From contig JBHGNT010000004.1 of NCBI GenBank assembly GCA_043228905.1, positions 682,001 to 746,000 on the forward strand: 64,000 nt of DNA, in the 5' to 3' direction. A program made the position numbers and the translations under genes. This stretch comes from Azolla caroliniana (Eukaryota; Plantae; Polypodiophyta). Below the pieces are notes generated by a model that was given only the letters and a program-made list of their open reading frames with translations, was not told the DNA's origin and ran no database searches. This document shows, piece by piece, positions 1 through 19,927 of this stretch; position 1 is the stretch's first letter, and every line of letters begins with the position of its first letter.

Positions 1-2875
1 CCCCCGAGTGACCAAAGCACATTTCGATCAAGCCGGAAACTCGACAAAGGGAAGGCCAAGATGTCCGAATATGAAGATCTGTGAAAAGAACCCTATAAGC
101 CGCTTCGGCTACAACGATTATATGGCGTACCATTATGCCTTCATGATGAAGGTAGCGTCAGTACTAGAGCTGGAGATGCTTTCCGAAGCTGTAAAGGATC
201 CACGATGGGTTGATGCGATGCATGAGGAAATGGAAGCATTATTCAAAAATGAGACATGGGATCTCGTCCCTCACACATCGCACAAGAAAGCGATTGGCTG
301 TCGATGGATTTACAAAGTGAAATACAATGCCGATGGCTTCGTAAATCGCTTCAAAGCACGGCTCGTTGTGAAAGGATACGCGCAAACGCACGGCGTAGAC
401 TACGAAGAGACCTTTGCCCCGGTGGCAAAGATGACCACCGTGCGGACCGTAATTGCTCTTGCAGCAACAAAAGGGTGGCACCTCCACCAGTGATGTGAAA
501 ACCGCCTTCCTCCAAGGAGAATTAGAAGAGAAAGTATATATGATTCAACCACCCGAATTTGAATCGCGTAGTCATTCGCACGTCGTATGCCGCCTCAAAC
601 AAGCACCCCGTGTGTGGCACTCGAAGATCACGCAACATCTTCATCAGATCAGATTTCGAATGTCAAAATCCAATACTTCCCTGTACATCCGAAACGAGTC
701 GGATAGCTCGATTGTCATCATCCTTTACATGGATGATTTGCTCATTAGAGGAAAGGATCTCGACGAGATTAACAAAGTCAAATCACTTCTCTTCGTCAGA
801 TTCGGAATGAAAGACCTGCACGAGCTCCATTACTTCCTAGGCATTGAAGTAATTTAGACACCAGTCGGAATAATGATCTCTTAACGGCACTACGTTCTCA
901 ACTTGCTCTAAAAGTTCGGAATGACCGAATGCAAACATGTGTCCACCCCTCTTGATTGTAATCTCAAGATGGATGCGGATTCCAACACAACTGTGTGCGA
1001 GTCAACTCAGTATCGTCAACTAATCGACAACTTAATCTATCCCACCATCACGCGATCTGATCTTAGTTATTCGGTCGGCCTTCTTAGCCAATTCATGTAG
1101 AATCCGCGAAACCTTCATCTCGATTGCGCTAAGAGGATACTCCGGTATGTCAGTAGTACGATGGATTACGACATTATGTATAAGTCAAATACGACCATTC
1201 GACTCGAAGGATACACAGACACGGACTAGGTAGGCTACAAAGCGGATAGACGATCCACATCCGGATTCGTCTTCTTCCTCGGCAACGGAGCGATCTCTTG
1301 GAGTAGTAAGAAGCAACCGACAGTCGCACTGTCGAGCACGGAAGCCGAATACAGGGGGGTGACAGTAGCCGCATGCGAAGCCGTATGGCTCAAGCTTATA
1401 CTGAAGGATCTGGGCGTTGAACCCATTACGGATCCAATTCGCCTCTTCTGTGACAACATGAGCAACATCTACCTCACTCGAAACCTCGTCTTCCACGTGC
1501 GGACTAAACACATCGAAGTGCAGTACCACTTCATGCGTGAGCGCGTTGTCGTGAAGATTTTCGTCCACGAGCGGAAACCTGAGCAACGAGAGCCAAAGAG
1601 CGATGTGCAACGTTGCACACGTACATAATGTATTTGTAATAATAATAGGGGTAAAGGGTATGGTGCTAGAAATGCCCCATAAGATCCCTAAGGTATAAAG
1701 GCGATGTGGTCTTGTGCGCACATCCACGCGAGAGAGAGAGAGAGGTACTATGTGGTACATAGGTACCTAGTTGTTTGTGAGGAGGTGGGAGTTGAGGGGC
1801 CATCAATCTCACCCTCCCCAAATCAAGGCAAATATCCCCTTTGAATGAAAGGGGATATTTTAGTCTCGCTTTTGTAAATGGTCTTCCCTCCTTGTGCTAT
1901 AAAAGGAGAGGGAAGGCACCATTGTGGGGGTTGCCTATTTTGAGTGTGCGAGGTATACCACATAGGTCGAGCATTAGGGTTAGGGTTAGGGTTTCTTTAT
2001 CTTTATCTTCATCTTCGTCGGTTAGGGTTTCGGGTAGTCGTTTGGTGCGGCCTATGCGGCCACCATTTTGTAATCATTCATTTCGTTTTAATACATCTTA
2101 TTGATCATCTTGTCTCCATCTTCCTCTTGTTCGATCTAATCTCTTGTTCATTCTTCTTCTTCTTGAGCAAAGCTTCCATTCCATGTCCGATTCCTTCTCC
2201 TCTACTCCTTAGTCCAAGACCCCCGTGGTCTCGCCCTTCTCCACGCACGCGCGTAGCAACGCGACAACGTACAGTTCAGAGAAATCGATCTACAACATAT
2301 CAATATGCACCTCCAGATTGCTGATATTTTTACGAAGGCCTTAGGAGTCGCTCGGGCAATTCGCATCGGACCTTGGTCTCACAACATCCACATTGCCAAG
2401 CTTATGGGGGAGTACTGCAGGTGACACGTGCACTGTACGCAATTGATCGAGTACGCAACATGCAATTAATCAAACCGAGCACGAAGCCGAAAAGCCAAAC
2501 AATGCAGTTCGAGGATTACGAACGCCGGAAGCCGGATTCCGAAGACCGAACCGAAACAACTTTTCAACAGATGGAAGTTGTGTTCGAAGGGGCGTGTTGA
2601 TAGTAGAACTCAACCTCCCATAGTAATAAGATTCACACTAACACATGAACATACCAGGCTAGTTTTGTAAATAGTAGGAAGGGCACTTACCCTAACTTAG
2701 TTGGTATTTAAACCAACCCCTTGTAACTTAGATACTGTTGGAAGTATTTTGGTTAATGTAACATACAATCTTTTATCTCTATCTTAAGCTCTCTCTCTCT
2801 CTGTTTTGCCTTATGTACACACACACACAGTCCTTCTGCTGCATCTCAGCCAGTCTTGCTCCTCATTTCTTTACA
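1..2875 (+). mobile_element. Degenerate Ty1/copia LTR retrotransposon, 3' part (RT, RNase H, PPT, 3' LTR 2595-2875)
   Basis: Broken ORFs carry copia RT/RH motifs ([40 protein letters not shown]) with many stops. PPT-like GAAGGGGCG is followed by a TG...CA LTR similar to those at 34930 and 41720-42002. Confidence 0.9.
1547..2266 (+). mobile_element. Solo LTR (720 bp) inserted into the copia RNase H region
   Basis: Termini TGTCG...CGACA, flanked by GCGT/ACGT (4-bp TSD, 1 mismatch). The empty site GAGCGCGTACAG is present in the sister copia near 34623. TATAAAAG is at ~1898 and (TTAGGG)3 at ~1974. Confidence 0.85.
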
Positions 2876-4174
2876 GATATGCTAATGGGAAAGCAAGTGT
2901 ATAGGTTAATAGTGAGATATGCTAAATGTTATCTACGCCAAGATGAAGATGAGAATTTGTTGTTCCTTGATTCCTAGTTTGGAATGTATCATCGTATCTA
3001 ACTATACTTAATTTACTTTCTAGTAAAGAACTCTTTTATAGGCATTTAATGAATGAAAAACAAAAACTCACTCTAAATTATATAGGCATTTTTTTTTCTT
3101 TTCCAAAATGAAGCTACTTTCCCATTAGTTAGGAAGGATTATTACAAAGAGACTATACAAGGAGGCTTATACACAAATTGGGGAATCTCCCTCTGATCAA
3201 GTTCAAGAAAATGAGACTACTTACATAGCCTTTCAAACTGATTACTTAAAGTAAGTATATACCTAAAGCTAAAAGCGGTGCCCTTCAGTGTCTGCCAGTA
3301 CGAGCCATCTCCTAGGCCCTACAACGAAGGGAGGGCGGTAGGTGAGTAGGAAACAACCAACGTGGGGGCTGGTAGTTCCACCTCGGGCCACTTCCTCCTT
3401 GTGTCACCATAGGCGTGTTCTGCCATTTCTGCCAAAAGTGTAAACGGGCATTGACCACGTGGGATGTACTTAAAATTGTATGTTAAATAACACGTATGGT
3501 ACTCATAACATACCTAACGTACCACACAACCATATTTTCTCTTATCTCAAAGAAACTTCCAAGTAAATAAGAAAGGCATACCTGCTTGAAGTTGAGTCAT
3601 GGGAAGGGTAGAATCTATAGCATCTCTAGTGTTGCAACACTTGATGTTCAATACTAGGATGACTATATTATCCCTCCTCATTTAACATTGCATATGTTTA
3701 ACAATTGTTTAATGAACAACATTTTACACAATCAATCCCATAATGGTAAAAAAAGCATCTAATATTAAAGAAACAAATATCCCATCCATGGACCATGAAC
3801 ATTATCCACCTTGACCTTGTAAAGACTCCTACATTGTTCTGCATATTGTTTAAGGTAGTACATATGTTCCCCAAATTGTCGTGCACTTGTTGATCACAAG
3901 GAAGTACTAGACCAATGCGATTTCTAAAGGATCAATCCTAGTACATGGTGGTAGCGAGTCCCGTCGAATATGGATCACGCTCCGTATCGACAACACAAAT
4001 TGTGCGAATACCTAGAGTGATGCATTTCTTGGAGGGTGATATGTTTTGACAAAATTGAGGTAGGTATGCCAAAACATCACATCTTTCTCGAGGGGAATTG
4101 TCCCATAACTTCGGCAACATTATCATGTTGGAGGAAGATAAGAGATAAATCAAAGTGATCGCGTTCTCAATAAC

Positions 4175-4660
4175 TATCCAAAATTTAATGTGCAATGGAC
4201 ATTCTAAGAAAACTTAAGTGGACATTCTTGTATCCAAAATTTAATGTGCAATGGACATTCTAAGAAAACTTAAGTGGACATTCTTGAGACACCTGCATGA
4301 TCAAAAACTGCAAGCAAAAAGCCCTCATCATACATTACAAACATGTGATCTGACCTACCTACGATATGTATTGTGAAGATTAAATGTCCTAACCGCAATC
4401 TATGTCACCCATCCTACTCTAGGACTTTTGTTACTAATGAGTCTCAAACATCTCTTTCTTCCATTAAATTATGTCCATGGACCATGATCTAATCCATAAA
4501 CCCAACCTCATATATCATCCTTTGGAACTTATTGCCATTAGTGAGTCTCAAACATCTCTTTTCTTCCATTAAACACCCAACCTCATCCGTCATACTCTGG
4601 GATTTATGCCACTAGCAAGTCTCAAACATCTCTTAAAATTGAAAGTCTTCCATTAAATTA
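4175..4660. repeat. Local tandem duplications (56 bp x2; ~90-100 bp x3)
   Basis: TATCCAAAATTTAATGTGCAATGGACATTCTAAGAAAACTTAAGTGGACATTCTTG occurs twice. AGTCTCAAACATCTCTT occurs three times (~4440, ~4543, ~4618). Confidence 0.75.
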
Positions 4661-5162
4661 ACTGTAGGAATATCCCCAAAATAAATGCTTAAGGATCACA
4701 TCAAGTACTTTTTAAAGAAGGGTTTTGTTGATTAGCCACATATGCATTGATAAGACTAAAAAATGACTTAACACAGATGACCATACATCCAATTGAGAGC
4801 TTACTTGACTAAGAGGGACCACAATTTAATGTCAAACCTTGTTGCTTCATTGATACCACATGACTGCTCTTTTGTCTCAATAAAAAAGATGATAGAATGA
4901 AGTGAAGAAGCTATGTTGGCAAGGAGCTTAATCAAACTGGGGAATGAATTATATATAAAATAATCCTTTTAATAACATCCCGTTTTAACACTAAACCAAA
5001 AGCCTAGTATGTACATGCAACTTTATACATGGTTTGAATCTATATAATTACACATAGGACATTCACAGAATGCTCCCTAGGGGACTCAACTCAGAAACTC
5101 GGAATCCGTCGTATTTTTTTGGACACGCCCAAACAATTATCTCACACAAAGTGTTCCTTCTT

Positions 5163-13422
<8,260 letters not shown>

Positions 13423-13453
13423 GCTAGTATGCTACCAATGTTGGCAAAAATCA

Positions 13454-13454
<1 letters not shown>

Positions 13455-13495
<41 letters not shown>

Positions 13496-13761
13496 AGAGA
13501 GAAAGGGGCAGATTCAAATGGAAGTGTAAAAAAAAAGGAAGGAAAATTTCAAACACCAATTCAATAGTTACATTCCCCTCTAATCTTCTTCCTCCTCCTG
13601 CTCCTTCTCCTTCTGCTTCTGCTGCTTCTGCTTCTTCTTTTTCAATTACAATTATTATTATTATTATTATTATTATGATGATGATTCATGATGATTTCTT
13701 CAGACAGAGGAACAGGGGATGTGGGGACTAATTCCACTTTCTAATCTCAGGATTTCCTCTT

Positions 13762-13810
<49 letters not shown>

Positions 13811-13830
13811 CATACACACACACACACACA
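13455..13830. repeat. (GA)n, (ATT)n, (CT)n and (CA)n microsatellites in the 5' region of paralog 1
   Basis: Directly visible and largely absent from the equivalent region of paralog 2 (51240-51430). Confidence 0.9.
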
Positions 13831-14104
13831 ATGTGAAGGTGTCCATGTCCATGTCCATGCTTGTTCTCATGTCCGTGCTCGTGTTCGTGCTCTTTGTGAT
13901 TGTGTCCATGATCGTGTCCTACCTACACCCATTTCCGAGCTCGTGCTTGTGTCTATATTCCGTGCTTACACACGTGTGTCCTTGTCTGGATTCGGCCCAT
14001 GCATTCGTGTAATAGGAGTGTTGTGTATTGATAGAATATATGTTCTATGTATCTATGTTTGTATCCATGTGTAGAGATCTATATGTAAAATGTGTATGTC
14101 TTCC

Positions 14105-14362
14105 CGTTTGTGTTTGTGTATAGGGTTTAGATATTGAATGTGTTTGCTTCCATGTTTGCGTCCATGTGTTTGTGTATAGGGTTTAAAGATATTGAATCTG
14201 TTCGCTTTCGTGTTTGCTTCCATGTTTGCGTCCATGTGTTTGTGTATAGGGTTTAAAGATATTGAATCTGATTGCTTTCGTGTTTGCGTCCATGAGTTTG
14301 TGTATAGGGTTTAGATATTGAATGTGTTTGCGTTCATGTGTTTGTGTATAGGGTTTAAATAC
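14105..14362. repeat. Minisatellite, five ~45-70-bp units each carrying a telo-box (TAGGGTTT)
   Basis: Repeated core TTTGTGTATAGGGTTTA, with telo-boxes at ~14121, 14177, 14247, 14305 and 14349. Confidence 0.85.
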
Positions 14363-16439
14363 ATACTTGGCCTTCACCTTTGTGTATATGTGTTTGTGTC
14401 TTGTGTCCGTGCTTCATCGTTGTGTCCATGTGCGCATACTTAGTCTCTCTTGTCAAATACTTGTCTTTGTGTTTCAAGAGTGGCACATCAATATATATAT
14501 TGGTTTAATCCTCAAGTTGATTATGTGCAAAGAACAACACAATACTATATTTGGTTTGGTAGTCGGACAACCAGCCATTGTCATGAAGAAAAGATGGATG
14601 AGAGAGAGAGAGAGAGAGAAGATCCACTAAAAGCATCATTAACTAAGATCCTGTAAAAGCATCATTAACAATATATTAAATAATGTATGTGTGTGAGAGT
14701 ATGTGCGCGTGTCCTAGGAAAGCATCATTGACAACATCTCATCTCGAGCTTTTCTGGAGACTATGTAAATTTATTCTATAGATTTTTCGTAATGGCTTTA
14801 TATTATTGCTTCATCCGCAAGCATTAAGTTGCAACTTCTCATAGCATGCAAGATGGCCTCAAATGGAGAGGCTTTTTATTGTTGCTTAGGTCAATGCTAC
14901 GACTGGCAACTTTAAATGATGACAATCCTCAGATAAGCCTACATACTTACATCGCCATTAAGGGAGGTTAAGATACATGCACTTTGTGGGTGGTAGACCT
15001 GAGTCTTCATTCTACATTTTCTTTTCCAGAAATCAGCTTTTGCAACGAAAGTCAATCTGCATGCCCTACACAAAAAGTAAGAAATATTGATTACTCGTGG
15101 TTTTCCAATATAAAATCAAAGGACCCTTTTTCAAATGTTTTGTTTTCATTCACTATCATGTATGAGATAATCGGTTTCCTTTTTTTTTTTCTAAACAAGA
15201 TATCCTTCCATTAGTTTTAAAAAGCATGTCTGCTACAAAATAGAACCAATAGCTCAGCGTTGCTGCTTCCAGCAACACCTTTGTTACAAAAGACTTCAAA
15301 AGCTTCCATTTGAGCCTTGTGAAAGAGGGAATGATGTACAAAGCATTACTCGCATATTGCAGATATTTATCATGCAATTCAAACACATTTCGTACAAATG
15401 TTTGGTCTAATCCAATTACAACCTTCTTCTCAGCCTTTTTATTGCTTGTTGTATCTTCTGCTTGCTTTACCTATGTCATTCCTTCATCGGTTTCCTTTTC
15501 TTAGCTCTGGCTATCTCATGGAAACCACTTTTGTTTTGTGGATAGTAAAGTGTCATGTGGTCTAAGATCATATGCCTCATCAATGTGCTCTCGATGTTGA
15601 TCCCACAATCAATAGTAATATATGGAACTCAACAGATAAGATATAGAACAAATCAATTTTTTCATTCACTTCATATCAATTGTGAATAAAAGCAAACTCC
15701 TCTTTAGAACTTTAACATGGGGCTAATTACCTATATTTACATCATCCACGTAGAACATTAGGGTGTTTCTTAATACTAATGTAGTATCTTTTCATGGACA
15801 AGTAGTTCTATGTTCATGGCCACTGCCATGGTATCTCAATCATCAAATTGTGTTTCTTTCTTTCTTTTTTAATCTTCTTTCTTTGATTGTTTTCTCCCAG
15901 TGGACTTTTTCTTTCGTTTGCTAAGTCATCATGCTCCAAGTTGACACCCATATGTCAAGTTTACGTGGAACTCCAAAACATGCACACATTAGGATTAACA
16001 AAGCTATTTGGTCAAGCACTTCACTCACAACAACTTGTGTGTGGCCCATCTTTACCCTTCCAAGCCTAGATCACCAAAACAACCTCACGAATGCATACTT
16101 TTCCACAAAGAGAACATAAAACATGCCTTTTCAATATATTAACTCAAAACAATATCTTTCAATAATTTTATATGTTGAGATGATAGTGATGTACACGTCG
16201 ATTTTTTCAATACTTATACTCTAGTGAGAAACTTCAATGTGATGTGAAAACCCACAAAATAACAATAGACACTAATGTGTTTCGAATCAATCAAAGTAAA
16301 TAACGTAAGTTCAAAGTGGGATGCCCCAAAGTCGTAGATAATATATTGCTTGAAGAAGCTTTTGTCTAAAGATCTTAGTATTGGGCCATTCAAATGGTCC
16401 AAAGTGCCCAAAATCTTGTCTATTGGAGGAAATACGCCT

Positions 16440-17750
16440 TGACTTATAAGCACCATGGAATCAATGTGAACATGCAAAAGTTTTTCCGAAACATTTGCCC
16501 AAGAAATTTGGGTAAAAGTGATTAAAAATTTATTTGTGTAAATGCTTTTGTGAATGAGAAGGTCTATAATGAGTGAAAGGTTGTTTCAAATTCTCCACCA
16601 CATTATGCACATGTGATAAAGCTATGTTTCTCGTGTGAAGATTTTATCTAGGGAGAAGCATGCCCACATCCCTGACACTATTTGTTATTTTAGTTGACAG
16701 ATAGAACTTCAAATGCACATAAGTTTGTTTTCACACCAAGATGGTGGTTTGTATAAGGTGTAACAATGTAACAGTGTTAATCTTATCCATTGTATTAACA
16801 TTATTGCCATATGAATGTTCAACCATGGTCCATGTGGGTGAGGCTCAACCCAATAGGAAGTACGCCCAATAAGCATCTCCTTAGGAATATCATTTACTTA
16901 AGTGGAAGAAAAGACCTCCATGTGGGTTTTCCAACAACATCGTGGTTTTGTGTAAGTCTACAAAGCATTCCCTACATTCTTGAAACGATGAGGATTGCAC
17001 CAACCTATGCATACAATATGTGTTAATTATATCCATCGGAATAATAGTGGGGCATTTTTCCACATCCAATCATGGATATTATAACCTTTTTCAAAATGAG
17101 GCATAATGGGAATACCGACTCTCTAACTTTTTTTTGAAATTTCCATTATAATTTGATGATGTAGCCCAACAATATAGCAACATGTCATGTCATTGAAGCC
17201 TTTTCATAAGTGACCTTCATCATTAATCAAATCTTGAATGTATGTCAACCCTTATTTTGCTAAGTGAAAAAATATTTCTACTTGGTTTCTTGTTCGGTTA
17301 ATGATCATGGAACTATAAGACTCCAATGTGTGAAGAAGTTCTTGCTTCTGAGTTTCTTCTCGTGCATTTTATGTGTTGCAATACTTCATTCGACTCTTTT
17401 CAAAGCTTAGACTAAATTGGACATCCTTTGGTATGTCCATCAAGCTTCCCAAACATTGCATCCAAAGTGGTTAGCATCCCATTCAGGTGAATGAGTTGGT
17501 TTTTAAATTGGCCAACAGATGTGCCAACATCCTTGCCCAAGGCAATGTTTATGCAAATTTTGCCAATTATAGTCGTGTTTCTAACTTATATATGCAATCC
17601 GAAATCAAGAACAGTTACACCTCCCCTAAGTTGTGGGTTGCAATAGAAACCTTACACCTTTGTGTGATTGTTGAGAACACCAAAAGTTTTCTATGATTTC
17701 TGAGTTAATCCCTCACATCATTTGTCTAGACTGATCAATCATAATCACGT
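16440..17750 (-). mobile_element. Highly decayed L1-like LINE reverse transcriptase remnant
   Basis: Minus-strand fragments resemble LINE RT motifs in the expected order (xDYK...A, QDL..KV.YEKA, RQGCPL-like). No intact ORF. Confidence 0.35.
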
Positions 17751-19927
17751 GATTCTACATGTATTAGTCTACTCATAATTCAACAATATAATAAAAAATA
17801 CAAAGTAAACAAATTTCAATTCTTGATTGTTGCAATTGTTGTCCACCGTGATTTCTATTGTGCACACTTTGTGCTCATTCACCACGTCGACTCTTATTCT
17901 TTTTCCATGCCCATGCTATTTGATGTGGTATGCTCATTTGACGTGGTCAAACAACAACCTTGATGTGTTGCAAATGTATATCACCACCCAAAATAATATT
18001 TCGAAGACATTTTGATCCTGTATTTTTTGCACTTTTCTATTTGCAATTTTACTAAACCTAAAAATTGACTATGTAATTGGCCTAAAATTTGGCAAATTTT
18101 TCGCAAATTCATGAAATAACTTTAGTGAAAACACATATGGTGATATGCTTCGTCAATCACTAACTGGTCAGACCAATAAATATTAGTGTAACCATTAAAT
18201 GTTAATCCATTTGAATAGTTATAAAATAGTCCATGATCTATAATTCCTTTGAGATATCTCTAGATTTGTTACTATTGCATCGAGATGCTTATATGAGATG
18301 ATTGCATAAGTTTAATACTTTAAAGCGACATTTGTTTTGACGTTCTTGATACTTGCATTAAGCTATATAATATTTTTTTAAAGTAATTCATTTAGAACCT
18401 AGTGATCATGCTTGTTCTAATTATGTTGGTTTATGCTTGTTATTCATTGTTCTATCGAGTAATCAATAGTAGTTCGGTTCAATTTGGGAGTTTCATGCTC
18501 CATGCACAAACCATATAAAAACTTTGAAAGAACTAAACCAAATTCATGAAACCTTTAACCCAAATACCTTTAAATCGAAATTATTCAACCTAAATGTGTT
18601 GAGGAATTGTCACGCTCAAACCAAACATATTAAAAGTGTCTAGGTTTATATTTTTATAAAGTTAATTTATAATTTATAATTTATAAAGTTAGTTGCTATA
18701 TTTTTAAATATCATAAACACGTCCCCCATATAGTTGATTAATCCATGATTTGAACCTAGATAAACCACAAACCACAAACCGTTAAGATCATAAAAGTTCA
18801 AATTGAACAAAATTGAACACTTGAACTCCAAGAAAAACTAAACTATTTACAAATTTCTAAACCTAAACTGAACCAATATAGATGTTAAGTCGTGGTTTTG
18901 TGTTTCCATTGGGCTCAAATAGAACAATTGTTCATTTATACTTCTATCCGGACATGTTCATCGTCTTCCACCTTCTTTTCTCCTTTTGCTTTAATTGAGC
19001 TTCCTTTTGACTTTAACGTTTTGCATCTAAATGTCTTTGACAAGAAATTTCACCCGAAGTATAATAAATGCAAATGTGCATTTATCAATAATGGTGTTCC
19101 CTTTTTGCTCTTCATTTTCTTCAATGTACCCGATATGCAAAGATTTCATTGTTCCATACCATGGAGTCAGCTCCACAAAAACTTGTAATTATTTGTAATC
19201 AGATCATAATACTTGTAACCATTGTGGTTTAAAGAGTAGTTATTAAACATATGTTTTCTAAACTTAGGTTTCTAACTTTGTCCTTAATTCATCAAGTACA
19301 CGATCATAACAAACACATCCAAATATGCTTGAGTATGAAACATCGGGTTTTTTCCCACTCCAAATATATTTTGGTGTTCTTGAATGTACAATTGGAATTT
19401 GACATGTGTTCATATGTATATGGCTCAATCTACTTCAACTATACGATCATTCTCCTTGCTTCAACTTCATTTTGTTGTGGGGCATATATGCACGTTGTTT
19501 GTCTTCTTATACCACAATCATAAATAGTTAGAAAATTTATGAGAGAAATATTCTCCTCTTCCATCAAAATTAGATTTTCAACATATTTGTCACTATGATT
19601 TTCAACTTGCCATTTGAACATCTTAGAGTGACAATATACATGTGACTTATATTTCATAAAGTAGATGCATATTTTTCTTTGACAATAATCTTTGTAGGTT
19701 ACCTAATATCTATAACCTACGAGAGTTGAGCTTTCTTTTGCATCACTCCCATACATTTGGGTGAACTATCTGGCGAAGATATTTTCCTTTTCAAAAGTAC
19801 TTTGGCATCCTTTCCAAATTGGCATGCTTCATACAAATGTTTAAGATAACTACTTTTGAAAATTTGACCACTGGACAAGTACACAATTAGTGAAAGAGTT
19901 AAGACAAAAGAAGAATAGTGGGGCCGC

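Noticed and set aside
2900-4170. Possible LINE 3' end or gene remnant (poly-T at ~3088, GC-richer 3290-3460)
   Set aside because: No recognisable motif or TSD could be confirmed by eye.
18400-19900. AAACC-rich segment and possible decayed transposase
   Set aside because: No TIR, TSD or convincing protein motif was found.
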